Source: Emiliania huxleyi CCMP1516
Lineage: Eukaryota
Reading direction: 5' to 3'
Length of the DNA: 64,000 nt
Assembly: GCF_000372725.1 (NCBI RefSeq)
Contig: NW_005201732.1
Location: forward strand, 62,001-126,000
Shown here: one piece after another, positions 22,520 to 35,663 of the stretch
Numbering within the stretch: the first letter of the stretch is position 1
Layout: each line of letters begins with the position of its first letter
Translations under genes and position numbers: made by a program
Notes under the pieces: model-generated
Database searches by the model: none
Told to the model about the DNA's origin: nothing
What the model saw: only the letters and a program-made list of their open reading frames with translations

Positions 22520-24984
22520 GCCAAGCTCCGAGGCCTCGAAAAAGAATTTAAACCTGCAATTCTCGCTCACAGACACAGGACTTGATCGTCCTACAAGATC
22601 CTGCTTGTGCAGGTGGGGACCCTGTCCTTCTCCCACCCCTCGTTTGGCGTGTCCGTTGTATTTATTTATTTATTACACAGGACTTAAACAAAACTCCAAG
22701 TGCTCCAAAACAACTCTCTCTCACAGCACACAGGCTCGACACAGGTGCGAACTGGCGCGTGCTAGTACCACCTCTTGAAAAAAAAAGAATTCTTGACAAG
22801 AACTGCACGACACTGGGCACGGGACTGGCGCGCACTGGCACTAACAACACAGGTACGATAGCGCGCCTCGTGAGAAAGAATTTTACTAGTCGCTCAGGAC
22901 GGTCCGGCACTACAAATGTATGTACTGACTGCCAGTCCCGTACCCGTTGTGCGTTGAAGCGTTGTCCGAAAGAAGAATTCAAAGGGGAAAGCTTGCCGGC
23001 TTGCCTGTTTCAAGCACACACTGGCACGACAAGGAAAGAAGAAAATACAGTCTACAAGCATGCCCATTCCTGTCCTCGACCCAGCCCGCACGCTAGCTTG
23101 GGATGTCCGCTTTCTTTCTTTCTTTTAGGCAGGGGACTAGCGCGCACTGGCACTAACACAGGTACACCACGGGAGAAGAACTCAGCGCGTGCGCACAGCA
23201 CTCGACAGCACTCGAAGGCGTCGAGGTGGGCGAGGGGGGGGGGGGGGGGCAGTCGCCCCGGCCCCTCACCGACCGTTCCGACAGCGACACACCCCGGCAC
23301 CCCCGACGCCCCCCCCGGCAAAGAAGAATTTTATCCACCGCGACACTGGGCACGTGACTGGCGCGCACTAACACAACATGCACATGTGCATGTTAACATG
23401 TGCACCTCAAGAAGAAGAAAAGACTAGGCAGACGAGGTGGAAGAAGGCCACAGATTCCCCACCTTGCAGAGCAAGGAATGGTTGGGTAGTAGGGGTAGAG
23501 GGTTGCCCAAAATTTAGACCTGCTGTCACACCTGCTCGCAGGCGAGCGCTGAACTAAGCCCCCGGAAGGAGACGGGCTCAAACTTAGACGCTGGTGATCG
23601 GACTCACGAACTTAGACGACACGAGGCGGCCAGTTCCGGGTCTCTGCAGCCCCCGCACAGCCACGGAGCCCAGCCAGGCCGCCGCCCCGGTCCGGCCCGC
23701 GGTCAGCTAAATAAAAAGTGTAAACCCTGGATAAATTTTGCACGACCCCATGGGTCAAATAGGTAGCGCCGTCGCCACTTGCCGCGCACGCCCTCCTCTC
23801 AGCCTCCGTGCGCAAGTGGCGACACGCACGCGCCACTTGTACACAACGGCTGCCCGCCGCACGGCCGCAGGGGCGAAGAAAATTTGAGGCAACCCTAATG
23901 ATCACGGCCGACTTAGCCCGCATAAGAGGCTCGAGCCGATCTTAGACCGCGTAAGCACCCCAGCGTGACCAGTCACACTTAGACCTGTTAAGCCTCGAGG
24001 CTCAGAGAACTTAGAGCCTACTACCCAACCAGTGAGCAAGGATCTTGTGTAAAGGACGATCAGAGGGGCAAAAGGGAACGGGAGTGGGGAGCGCACCGCG
24101 ACACGGAGGGGGGCTGGGCAGGATTCGCCCACCAGACATATGGTGTGTCCCAGCGAGAAACCTCTCGTATAGGACAGGTTGCACCCGGAATTGGTTGCAC
24201 AAAAAAATCTTTGTGGCCCCCACAGGCTGCCAACAGCGCTCTCTAAACCGATGAAGTCCTCTCTCTCCCTCTCACAAACGAATTAAATATTCTGGTTCTG
24301 GAACTACACTAATCAGTACTTCGGCCGCAACTACACGACTGTCTTACACACTTGTTGCTCACACTCTCGCGCACACCACTAGCATCATCAGAGAACTAGA
24401 CGCGAGTGGTCCCGCTGGGGAGCGCGGAACGAGGATTGCGTCTCGCGTCAGGTACTCGTCCTATCCTGCGCCGGTGAAGACTTGCATCCCCAAGTGGTGC
24501 CTGACCAAGAAGGGTCCGTGCGGGCTGCCGTGCCTCACGCCTGAGCAGTGCGGCTGCGTCAAGAAGGAAGAGGTCGACGCAACGTAGTGCGCACGGTGGT
24601 TGCGGGCTATTGCCTGCAGCGGGGGGGGCTGGTTAGGGGTGCGAGAAGGAGACGTCGGCCGGTTCTGAGGTTGTCCAGTGGCACCACGAGCTCTGTGTCT
24701 TGCTTTGCCAACTGCAAACCTAAAACGCGAAGACCGAAGTGCCTGTGGACTGATGGCTGGCGCCTGCCCGGTGCCATGGATCATGACACGCCTGGGATAT
24801 TTGGCGTGCGTGCACCGCATCACGATGCTCAGAGGAAGTAAGTCGTAATCGGCGCCGGGGGTGGGGGGGTAATGCGGGTGTGGCGGGCGGTGTGGGGAAA
24901 CGGACTCCACTTCCCACGGCCGTCCCAGATCCCTCTCCAGCCGCGCCGCCGCCCACCCGCCTCCTCGACCTTCCCACGCACCGT

Positions 24985-25743
24985 ATGATGAGGCGGCGCG
25001 TTGCCATTTACGGTGGTGCGTTCGACCCGCCCACAAATGGCCACTTCTCCTGCTGCTCCGAGATCATCCACAGCGGCCTTGCCGATGAGGTTTGGATCAC
25101 GCCATGCGGTCCTCGGCCGGACAAGCCTCGCATGATTGGCAGTGCGATTGACCGTATGCTAATGTGCCAACTCGGTGTCAACACCGTGTACACTCCGACA
25201 TTCCCTGTTCGGGTGTGCGACATCGAAACGTATGAGGAAGAGTCATTGGCAACCTATGATACTCTCTGCAGGCTGCGTCGAAAGCACGCCGACGTCGACT
25301 TTCTGTTTGTCGTAGGGTCAGACTGGCTTCAACCTGGGACCGATTTGAGAACGTGGGAATCTAGAGACCCCGCCGACCCGACTGGCAAGGGTCGCATCGT
25401 CACGGGCGACAAACTGGTGACCGAGTTTGACTTTCTCGTGCTCCACCGTCCGGGATACGACATTGAGGACCTGTCTGCGTTCGGTCCGCGCTTCAACATG
25501 CTCACCATGGCGGGAGGGATGAAATTTGTGACGACCGACATTTCATCCACGCAGCTCCGGAAGCGCATGGGCAACTCTCTACACATAAGAGAAGCGATTG
25601 GTAGCAATGAGGTCAACCTGGACCTGGTGGACGGACTGATGCCCCCCGCCGTTCTGAGCTTCATTTTGCGCAGCGGTGTCTACAACCAGAAGGCGGTGCA
25701 GGAGGCCCGGCGACGATCGATCGCCGCAGGCGCGACGGGCTAG
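24985..25743 (+). CDS. nadD: Nicotinate-nucleotide adenylyltransferase (NadD-like)
   Basis: AIYGGAFDPPTNGH, TYDTL, FVVGSD, ISSTQLR. A short upstream exon (ATG near 24776, GT-AG intron about 24838-24940) is possible. Confidence 0.85.
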   Translation: MMRRRVAIYGGAFDPPTNGHFSCCSEIIHSGLADEVWITPCGPRPDKPRMIGSAIDRMLMCQLGVNTVYTPTFPVRVCDIETYEEESLATYDTLCRLRRKHADVDFLFVVGSDWLQPGTDLRTWESRDPADPTGKGRIVTGDKLVTEFDFLVLHRPGYDIEDLSAFGPRFNMLTMAGGMKFVTTDISSTQLRKRMGNSLHIREAIGSNEVNLDLVDGLMPPAVLSFILRSGVYNQKAVQEARRRSIAAGATG

Positions 25744-27985
25744 AGGATATGGAAATCCAAACACACAATCGCACTCGGCACTCGCCACAACGGTTAACAC
25801 CACAGCCGTAGAGGTGTTCAAACGTGTTAACACCGCCACTCGGGAGGTGTTGGCACGCTCCGTTAGATGCGGGCGAGTGGCTGGCGCGAATTCTTTGAAA
25901 GTAAAATATCTTTACTTCCAAAACCCGGACGTGCCTCCACCGGCACGCCGCTTCCGACAGGGTGATGGAAGGTTCGACGCACCCCCGGACTGGGCGGAGA
26001 GATCCCAGGAGCACGCTGCTGGGCTGTCCGCCCCGCCCCCACTTGCCCTGACTGCACAGGATAGCGTGCCCCGACGAACGGCGACACATAGCGGGGGACA
26101 CTGCGCCGGGGGATATGCCTAACTTTGGTGCTTTGTGTGGGTCGCGTTCCCATGGTAGTTGTGTGGCTGAAGCCCTCGTGCCGCTGGCGTACGTCCACCC
26201 CCCCTTCTCAGGAGGTGGTTCCCCCAGCGGCTGGCCCCTCGAGACTGTCGGTGCTTGGCGGGAGGAGGGGGAGAGGGAGGCCCGGTGGGAGGAGAGGGAG
26301 AGGGAGGCCCGGTGGGAGGGGAGGGAGAGGGAGGCCGCCTTGGGCTCTTCTCCTCCCCCCTCCCTAGGCTCTTCTCCTCTCCCCACCCTGGGCTCTTCTC
26401 CCCTCCTCCCTGGTACTCTCGGCCTGATTACCGGAGCGACTGCTGGAGCAGACGCTGGGGGGACACTCACGCCCGGAGGCGGTACGCACGACCCGGAGGC
26501 GTGGGGATGGGGGGGGGCCGCGCCGCCGCCGCCGTGCCGCCTTCTCCCGCTTTGACCTCCCCCAGCTGCTTCTCCTCAAATCAACCTGTGAGCTTGCGAG
26601 GGCGGCGGGGGGGTGGGAGTGCTCTCGGGCGGCGTGTGCGAGCGCGCGCGGCGCGAGATCTTCTTCGCGAGGGCACGGTGGGTCGGGTGAGTATCTCGCG
26701 CGCTCGCACTATTTCACGTTATATGAGGCACTGCCCTTGAGTGCCTTTGCAGAACCGCCAGCGGCGGTGGTCGAGCCGGTTCGCGGTTCGAGTCGGGACC
26801 TTTTGGCTTCCGGCTCGAAACTCGGGTGGAGGGTTGCTTCGCGGTAGCGAACGCGAGCGGCGTGAGCGCGTGCGTGTGCGCGTGCGCGGCTGCAAGGCGA
26901 GGCGCAGGCGCAGGCGCAGGGGCAGGGGCAAGGCAAGGCGAGGCGGGCGGCGGCGGCGCGCGGTCGTTCCTTTTGCCCGGGTGAGGCGTGGCGAGCGTGT
27001 CGCGTGGTGATGACGCCGCACGCGGAGAAGCTCTTGGTGACCCACCGCGGTGGCAGCGAGCCAAGGCAAGCCACCTGCCGCATGACGGGTTGACCTCGAA
27101 AAAGAATTTTTCTCGGCGCGAATTCTTTGAAGGAGCGCTACCAGAGTCCAGAGTTGTCACGCCAGCCACACGGCACACGCCCACGCGCTCGCTGGGCGGT
27201 GCTGAGACTGGCCGCAGCGCGATGAACGGCAACGATGGGCCGTTTGCTTGTGCTGCATGCAAGCTGGTCTTCGAGCACCAGAATGCAGCGGCACACAGCA
27301 AGCAATGCAAACTGCCGGTGCACTCTCGTGGGTGGTGTGCGATATGGTGTGGATGCCAGAAGAAGGCGAGTACTTCTGGCAAGCCCTGCCTCGAGGCGTA
27401 CACTAGGGCGTACAACGCCCTGTGTAGGGCGCCCTGCCGCTCCGCCAGCGGGTCGACTCGCCTGTGGAGCCCCCGGGCCAGGGTGGCGCTTGATGTCGGC
27501 ACGACCGCATCGTCCGCACCGCCACCTGCAAGCCGTGCCTGGCGCAGCGCCGATGCTGCCTTTAGCACTTGTAGCGAGCGCACATGGTGCGGTGCGCACG
27601 TACTTGAGCGCAGGCGGTGCGCGCCGCAGTTGGCGCAGGGGCCCTGGGAGTAGGGCGCGCGCGGCATTGACGCGGGCCCAGGTATTTCTCGGGTATACCC
27701 GGGTTTTAGACTGTCGCAACACAGACACACACGCGCACACAGGGCCTGGCACACACGTCCCCACACAACACTTGGGGCATGTAGGGGAGTGCGATCCACT
27801 GCTGCATGCGGCACACGAGACCAGCCACGCCCGACCCGAGGCTAGGGACAACCTAGCGCTCTCACCCATACCGGCGCCCGCTGCCCTCCGGCATTCTCAC
27901 GCGACTGCGGCACATGTTTGCCGCCAAAAGTTCCGAACGGAGTGAGATGGAGAGCCGGAGAGCGCCGCGCCCGCCAGCACCCGGG

Positions 27986-30900
27986 CTAGGCTGCGGCGGG
28001 CTTTCGCGGCGACAGCAGCTCCTCGATGTGCATGGGCGTGGCGGAGCCGTCCGCGCGCGAGCGAGCGATGAGGAGCCGGAGGAGCGCCTAGGGTGAGGGT
28101 GAAGGGTGAGGATGAAAGTGATGGTGGAGATCGAGAGCGAGGCACAGGGCTGGGCATGACAGTTGCGGTTGGCCGTTTGGGTGGGTGGGTGGGGGAGGGG
28201 GGGGGGGGGCGCCTGGACGGCCGCGTCCCGCTCGCGCGCCGAAGGCGACGGAGGCGCCCGCGCCGCCGCCACGCGTGCCGCCTGGGGCGCGGCGCGGCGC
28301 CACTTTGCGACGAGCAAATCGGCGGCGGGCGCGTCGTCGGGGTCGACGCGCGCGGCTGGCGCGGCCACGCAGAACGGCTCCGCAAGCTGCAGCGAGGAGA
28401 GCAGCGCGGGCGCGCCGGCGCGGGCGATGGCGACGAGGCGACCGCACACACCGCCCGCGGCGCAAAAGGGCGGGAGCTCGGCTGCGACGGCGTCGCTGAC
28501 GGCGGGCGGGAGCGGCTCGCTGCAGAGGAGGAGGTGGTGCAGCAAGCCGAGCAGCCTCGCTGCGAGCTCGGCGCCCGACGGCGAGGAAGCGAGGTGCGGG
28601 TGCGTGGCGAGGCAGCGCGCGAGGTCGAAGACGCGCACAACCAGGCTGCCCCACTCGACGGCGGGCAGGCCGACCCCGCTGCTCGCGCGGTGGGCAAGCA
28701 GCCGGTGCAGCAAGCCTGCGGCAAGGCTCGAGCAAGCGTCTCGGAAGTGGCACGCGAGTGGTCGGGGGGGCGAGGCCGGTGCAACGAGCCGACGGCGCGC
28801 GCGGCGAGAGGCAACGACGGCGCCGCGGCCGCCGCGCACGCGCCCACAATCTCGGAGCCGAGCTCGACGGCGGCGGCAAGGAGAGGCTGGCCTCCGGGGA
28901 GCGTCTCCTCGCACGTCCTCCCGCCGTACACGCGCCAAATGGGCATCCCGCCCGCCTAGCAGCAAGGCTCCGACACGGCTCTGGGAGGGAGCTAGCCTCG
29001 GGTGCGCCAGCCCTGCGCCCTGCGCGCCGCCGCGGAGGGCGACACGTCGGCCGTGGCGAGAAGAGTGCGCGTCGCCTCCGCCTCGAGCACCGCCTCGAGA
29101 GAGAGCAGGCCGAGGAGAAGCGTCGCCTCGTGCAAGCCTTGCGCCGGCTGGCACGAGAGCAAGAAGAGCATGCCGAGCAGCTCGCGCAGCAAGGCGGCGC
29201 GCGGCGCGGGCGCGGGCGGCGGCTTCGCCTCGCAGAGCTCGGCGAACGGCGCGCCTGACCCCTCGAGATGGGCCGTGAGTGTGCGTGCACCGATTGGCCG
29301 CACGGCTCGCGTGGTCCGGCGGCCTGACCACGCGGGGGGGTGCACTGCAGGCACCACAGGTACAGGCACCACAGGTGCAGGTTACAGGTGCAGGTGGTCT
29401 GAAGGCGGTCTGAAGGCGGTCTGAGGGTGGTTCTGAGGGCGGTTTGAAGGTGGTTTGAAGGTGGTTTGAAGGTGGTTTGACGGTGGTTTGAGGGCGGTGG
29501 GAAGCGGTGGGAGGGCGGCGACGGGGCCCGCCTCCGAACGAGGTGCACCACTCGTGCACGAGGAGCAGCCCGCTCGCGATCGCAGTCAGGTGGCGCGCGA
29601 CGGCGGCCGGGCCGGCGAGGGCCTGTTGACTTTCTCATCTCCGTCACTAGCACTCGTCTTGTTCTTCTCCCTGCGGCTGCTCGGCCGGGGAGGACGGCGC
29701 CTCTGCGACCGAGTCGGGGAGGTAGTCCTCCAGGCCAGCGAGGCGCGCCTGTGGGGGCGTGTCGCGGACACGTCGCGGACGTGTCGCGGACAGGCCGGGG
29801 CAGCCCTTCCCGCCCCAGCCGCGCCGTCCAGTCGAGAGAGCGGTAGAGCGTGCTTGCCCAGAAGCCGCTCCCGCCCCCGCCCCCCTCGCCGCCCGCCTCC
29901 TCCTCCTCCGCGGCGCCGCCGCCGTGCGCCGTCTCCGCAGGGAACCTGGAGGCGTGAGGACGCAGAGGCGCGGGGTGGGGCAGACAGTGAGGAGCGCGCC
30001 TGGTGGCTCGGTGGCGGGGGAGTGAGGCGAGGCTTGCGGGCGCAGAGAGCCTGGCCCGTGCACACACGCGGCGCAGTCGAGCACGTGCATCCTCGGGTGA
30101 TAGCTGCTCGAGTGTGCGGACGCATCCAGTTGGGTGGGGGGGAGAGGGGGGGAGAGGGGGGGAGAGGGGGGGAGAGGGGGGGAGAGGGGGGGAGAGGGGG
30201 GGAGGTGGGGGGAGGTGCCCGGCATCTAGGGCGTGGATGACATTGCCCGCCGGAAGGCACGTGTGATGGCGGGGGCGAGGAGGCGGGCGGCGGCCGGCGT
30301 GCAGAGCAGGGCGAGGCACTCGTTCTTGGCCTGCAGGAAGACTCCGAGAAGGGTCACGGGGAGGGCTCCCTGCTCGCAGCGGGCGGAGGACGCGCTCCGA
30401 GGATGGCCTCGTGCCGCCGGTACTGCGAGAGGAGCGCGAGCAGCCTCGCCGCGTCCTCGAGCTCCGCCGCCTCGCCCAGCTCGAGCGACGCCGCAAACGC
30501 GAACGTCGCGCCTGTCCACTGCAGGAGCCCGTGAGGAGGCGCTGCGCACAGCTCGAGACGAGCGGGCGTGTGTGTGCCTCCCGCTTGCTTGCCATTCTTC
30601 TTCTTGAGCCCGCCGGCCGGCGCGGGGGGCGACCACGAGGAGGCGAGGCGCAGCAGCAGGAACTCGAGCAGGATGTTGGCCGACAGGCCGTCGCTCGCCA
30701 GCGCAAAGGCCATCAGCAGCCGCAGGGCGCTCCGCCGCAGCGCAATCGCCGTGAGCGCCGCGCTCGGCGACGCGGCGGCGGCGGCGGAGGGAGGGGCGAG
30801 GAGCTCGCGCAGCATCGGCGCGAGCTCGTCGAAGCAGCCCTCCGCCTCGTCGAGCCCCGTGAGCAGCTCCGGCGCGTCCGAGGCGAACGAGTGCAGCGGG

Positions 30901-31223
30901 ACGCCGCCGAGCCCGAGCAGGATGCCGCTCATCGTCTCGAGGGCGTGCCCGCGCACGCTCGGCTCGTGCTCGTGGCCGAGCCGCGCGGCGCACTCGGCCC
31001 ACAGCGCGCGCACCGTCGGCGTGCTCGCGCGCAGCCGCGCCGCGGTCAGCGAGCCCAGGTACGACTGCAGCCACGCCGCGTTTGGCTTGAGGAAGAAGAG
31101 CTCCGCCCAGCCGCTCGCGTCGAGCGGCGCGCCGCGCAGCCACAGCTTCTCGTACACCTCTATGACCTTCTCGCGCAGGTAGGAGCGGTCATCGAGCTCG
31201 AACTTGCTGCCGCCGGCGGACAT
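27986..31223 (-). CDS. ARMH3: Armadillo-like helical domain protein 3 (C10orf76/UPF0668-like), multi-exon
   Basis: LREKVIEVYEKLW...WAELFFLKPN, SANILLEF and LLALLSQYRRHE recall the conserved N-terminal blocks of ARMH3. Confidence 0.7.
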
Positions 31224-31272
31224 TCCAAAGGGCCAAACATAGAAAAAATATCCATTCACCCAAGTGCATTTA

Positions 31273-31736
31273 CGGGTCTCTATTTTAAGGCGCGGTTAAC
31301 AGCAATAGATCCGGCCCTCACACGGCCTAATCGATACCTGGCCCTCACAGAATCGGTTCCTCGTTGTACAGCAATCGATCCTTCACAATGCCCGCCCTGC
31401 CAAACTTGCCGAGAATTGCCCCCCAGGAGCCAGGTCACCTGCCTGTGGCGCGAAGCTGATGTCTCCCGCCCTCGGCGCGCCGACCGCGCAGCGGCGGCAG
31501 ACCACCCTCCGGTTCGAGGGGCGCCTGGGGCTGAGCGGGCTGCCTCTTTCTCGTCACCCTGCCACGGGTCGCAAGCCCTCTCTGCCGGCCGGAGCGCAGG
31601 CTGCGCAGGCTTGCCAGCAATTGGTCCCTTGGCAAGCGCGAATCGGCCCCCCTGCGCCCTGGAGGCTCCAGGTGAACTGATCCGGCACTACACCCGGATC
31701 TATTGCTGTTCACCGCGTCTTAAAAATAGAGACCCG
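31273..31736. mobile_element. MITE-like element with ~42-bp imperfect TIRs
   Basis: CGGGTCTCTATTTTAAGGCGCGGTTAACAGCAATAGATCCGG and its near reverse complement at 31694-31736. No clear TSD. Confidence 0.7.
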
Positions 31737-31902
31737 ACATGGCACTAGCACAGGCACATGTGCATACATGCGCATACATATGTGCATGTCTAGGCCGCGG
31801 GAGTCGGAGGAGAAAAGAAAATCGCCCAAGTCGGAGAGGCGAGCAGGGAGATCCCCTCGCGTTATAAAGTCTTAAGCGCCAGATGGTGCGGTGGCAGCTC
31901 TG

Positions 31903-32080
31903 TTCGGCTCCACTCGCTCCGCTCGGCTCCACTCGGCTCCCGCTCGGCTCCGCTTCGGCTCCCCTCGGCTCGCTCGCTCGGCTCCTTCGGCTCCACTCGG
32001 CTCCACTCGGCTCCACTCGGCTCCACTCGGCTCCACTCGGCTCCGCTCGGCTCGCTCGGCTCCGCTCGGCCGGCTCCGCC
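31903..32080. repeat. 10-bp minisatellite (CTCCACTCGG)n
   Basis: Tandem array visible directly. Confidence 0.9.
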
Positions 32081-32726
32081 CTGAGGTGAGGGTGTGCATG
32101 ACCTACTCGCTTAGACCTTAGTGTAGGTAAACGAAAAAAGTAGCGCCCAATTCGTCTACGTACGGCTTTATAGTGAGTGGTTGGGGTGGCCTCAGGCATC
32201 CCCAAGGGAGCCTCTGCGGTGCCCCATAAGCAGCTTAGTTAGTGAGTGGTTCGACTCCACATAAATCCGAGACGGTGATGGGAGGGTCGTGTGGTGGTCT
32301 CAGGCCCAGTGAGGTAGTGCATCTGACTATCCCGGATCCTGCTGACCAAGCTCCTCTTGTAGCTCGATCGGTCACACCGCCATCGATCGCCGTCGGGGAG
32401 AGGGGGGACGACACTGCTTTTTGGCAGCGTGCACCTCGATCCTGTACCGTGTTTGTTATGACCCCCCCCCAATGAACACACCAGTGAGGGAGGGCGAGAC
32501 GAACGAGGGGTCCCGTACCATGCGGAATCGACCCTATCCAGTGCTCAAGTGCTCAAGTGAACGACATGCCGACCATTGCCAGGCAGGATCGAGAAGAGCA
32601 TCTCCGAGGATTCAAGAGACCTCGTCATCCGTCTGACGCCGAGCGACGCGGAGCGGCCAGATGACACCGAGGAAAATTCATGGAATCATACTTCTCGGCG
32701 ATCGCCGCTCGTTGGCGACTGCCGAC

Positions 32727-33798
32727 ATGGCCGGCTCGTCGGCGCTGTACTCGCTGGGGACGAGAGGGCCCGACAACCTGTACCCGCGCCGCGACAACAG
32801 GGTCCGCAGGGAAGCGCTGCTCGGCGCCGCCGCCGCCTCGACCGCCTCCCTCGTCTCCAACCCCTTTGACACGGTCCGGAGACCAGTGCGAGGTCCTCCC
32901 TCTCCACCTTGACTCGCCCTGAGCCCTCCGCATGTTGTTTTCGCAGGTCCGCGCTCGCATGCAGCTGAGCGACAGCGGCGGCCTGTGTTCAAGGGGTGGC
33001 GCATCGATCCGGTCCCCCCTGCACGCGATGGAGCTCGTGGTCCGCAAGGAGGGCGCCGTCGCGCTGTGGCGCTCGCTGCCTGAGGCCGTTGTGTACAACG
33101 CCGTGCTCAACTCGGTCCGCTTCTCCCTCTATTCCGCGCTCACCGTCTCCGCGGCCCAGTCAAGCCACATGGAGGCGCTCCCCAAGCCCGTTGGCGGGTT
33201 TGTGGCTGGGTGCATCGCTGGCGCGATCGCGAGCCCCATCGCCAAGGCTCGCACGGCGGCGCAGCGCGGTCCGACCGACAGTCGCAGCAGTGCCCTGGTC
33301 GATACGATCAGGCACCGCCCCTTTTCCGGTGCCTCGTCGTGGGCGCTGCGCAACGGGGGGCACACCGGCATCATCTTCTCCACTTATGAGGGGCTGAACC
33401 GCGGCTTCTCCACCTCCCTCTCCGGCCTGCCCCCAATCTCCCACTCGCTGCTCGCCTCCCTCTGCGCCGCCACCATCTCGTGCGTGCTGATGAACCCCCT
33501 GGACGTCATCTCAACTCGAGTCTTTGCGCAAAGCTCTCCGCAGCCGGCCCTCGCCGGCGCGAGGAGCTTCGGCCCGGCTGGCTTCGCGCCGCTCGGGTGC
33601 TGCACCGGCCTCTGCATGCCGATGCCGGCCACCGCCCACTACTCTTCGCCCGTCGATTGCGCCGTCAAGCTGGTCGCTTCGGAGGGGGTCGCCGCCCTGT
33701 GGAAGGGCCTCGGCGCCAACCTAGCTCGCATCGTCCCGCATACCGCCGTCACGTTTGCTATCGTCGAGAGCCTACGGCCGCGCCTCGCGCGGTCGTGA
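32727..33798 (+). CDS. Mitochondrial carrier family (SLC25) protein
   Basis: NPFDTVRARMQ and NPLDVISTR signatures, EGVAALWKG. One intron at about 32874-32947. Confidence 0.9.
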
Positions 33799-34209
33799 AA
33801 GCCCCCCCCCACCCACCCACCCACCCACCCACCCACCCCACCCCCCCTGCTCCCTGACTTGCTGCCGACTACGATGTACAGCCGTGGACACAACACTGCG
33901 AACTTCTGTGGGCGGTATGTGTCACAACTCTCATTCAGTGCTTTTGTGATTGTCGACTTGTCTCTTTTTGTGTATACACCTTAGCAATATCTGGTTTTAC
34001 GACGCACGCGGGACCCATGTCACACACTTCACACGAGTACGCTCTATGACAGTCGGGTCTGTGTGAGACGCGAGACCCCGCGTGCCAGAGGATGGTTCAC
34101 CGCACGCGCGCCCCCCCCGGCCCCGCTCGCGCCAGTGGCGCACTGTCCATAACAGTGAACACAAATCGCCGCGCCTGCTTTCGCCTCTCCACTTAGTGCG
34201 AGCACGCCC

Positions 34210-35572
34210 TCAGCAGGGGCGAGGGCGAGCGGCGGGGCGCCCGCCCGGCCGCCGCCGGCTCTCCTTCGCGGCGGCACTGCCCTCCCGCTCCACGTCCTTG
34301 CCCGAGGCAAGCACGCGCACCTCTCCGAACGGCACGGCCATCCACGAGAGGGGGCAAGGCGTGGCGGGCGAGCCGGCCGGAGAGAGGCCGCAATCGATCC
34401 GGTTGGCGGTGTCGGAGAGGACACCGTAGTAGAGCGCAGCGGCGGTGAGCAGGTGCCACGCCACGTGCAGCGGCCACACGCGCCCGTCGCTCGCGCACAT
34501 CCGCACCTCGATCTCCCACGCAATCTTGGCGGAGAGGGGAGATGTGGGTGAGAGGCAAGGGCCGCGGTGTATAGGCAGCGGTCGTGAGGGCGTCAGGGAG
34601 GAGAGAAGGGGGGCGGGGGGGGGGGGCAAGAGAATGGGCCACCTTGCCCGCGATGAGCAGCGCAATCGAGCGGTCACGGCACCACGAGACGACCCGCTGG
34701 CGGGAGCTCCACGTCAAGGCGAGGGCGGAGTCGGCGACGACGAGGGCAGTGAAGCCGCCGATGAAGAGCTCATACGTCTGGAAGAGCACGTATGCCAGTG
34801 TCAGCCCCCCGATGGCCGCCCCAACTGCCACTGAGAAGGCGGCGGCAGAACGGCGAGAGCGGAGGAGCGGGTGTGCGTACCTACCAACAAGCGCTTTGTG
34901 ATACTGTCCGCTCAGCCACACCACGCTTGCGCGGGTTCATTTCGGGCGGCGCATCGCTCGAGCTGGACTCCGACCCCGGTAGTGCTCGGCGAATCTCAGC
35001 GGATCTCGGCGCATCTCGACAGGCTCACGTCTTGGCGGCCATCGCCACGCCGATGAAGAAGAGCATGGGCACCTCATCGCACAACTCGTGCTCGAAAAGC
35101 ATCGTCCCGTGGAAGGCGCATGAGCCCAGCCCAATGACGACCACGGCGATCGCCTCTGCAGGCGTCGGGAAGCGCGGGCACGCGTGAGGCGATCCGAGGG
35201 CATCGAGACTAGAGCCTTCCGGCGCGGATGTGGCAACGGTATGGTGGCAAGCTTTCGGGAGCCGTCGGCGCCTGCTGCAATGAGCGGGTCGAGCCGAACC
35301 TCCCGCTGCCACAGCATGTAGCAACCGACAACCGCGTATACCAGCGATGAGAGGGAGTTGAAGTACTCGGCAAAATAGTGGCTCGACGCGTACTTCGGCT
35401 CGCAAAACTGGTGCACCGCGGTCGGCTCTCCCCAGTAACCAGCTTTGCTCGTGGGTATTGTGGAGTTGGAGTCAGCGCCAGGAGCGGCCGACGGCACCCC
35501 GAGGAAGGTCAAGCCGAAGCTGAGGACGCCGAATGCGATCGCGCCGGCGCCGTGCGTATGCGGAGACTTCAT
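34210..35572 (-). CDS. ACER: Alkaline ceramidase (CREST family), multi-exon
   Basis: WGEPTA..FCEPKY...AEYFNSLSS, GSCAFH, DEVPM, LHVAWH. Confidence 0.9.
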
Positions 35573-35663
35573 ACACGCGTGATGGACAAAGCAGAGCGGA
35601 ACGTTGACGGCAAAAGCGCACGCCAGGAACAAGAATTTTACTAGGACAATTTAGGACCACAGT

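Noticed and set aside
23400..24600. LTR or RT remnant
   Set aside because: Composition is TE-like, but no termini or RT motifs could be verified.
26714..27945. Cys/His-rich overlapping ORFs as a zinc-finger gene
   Set aside because: No consistent motif spacing, and the strand cannot be decided.
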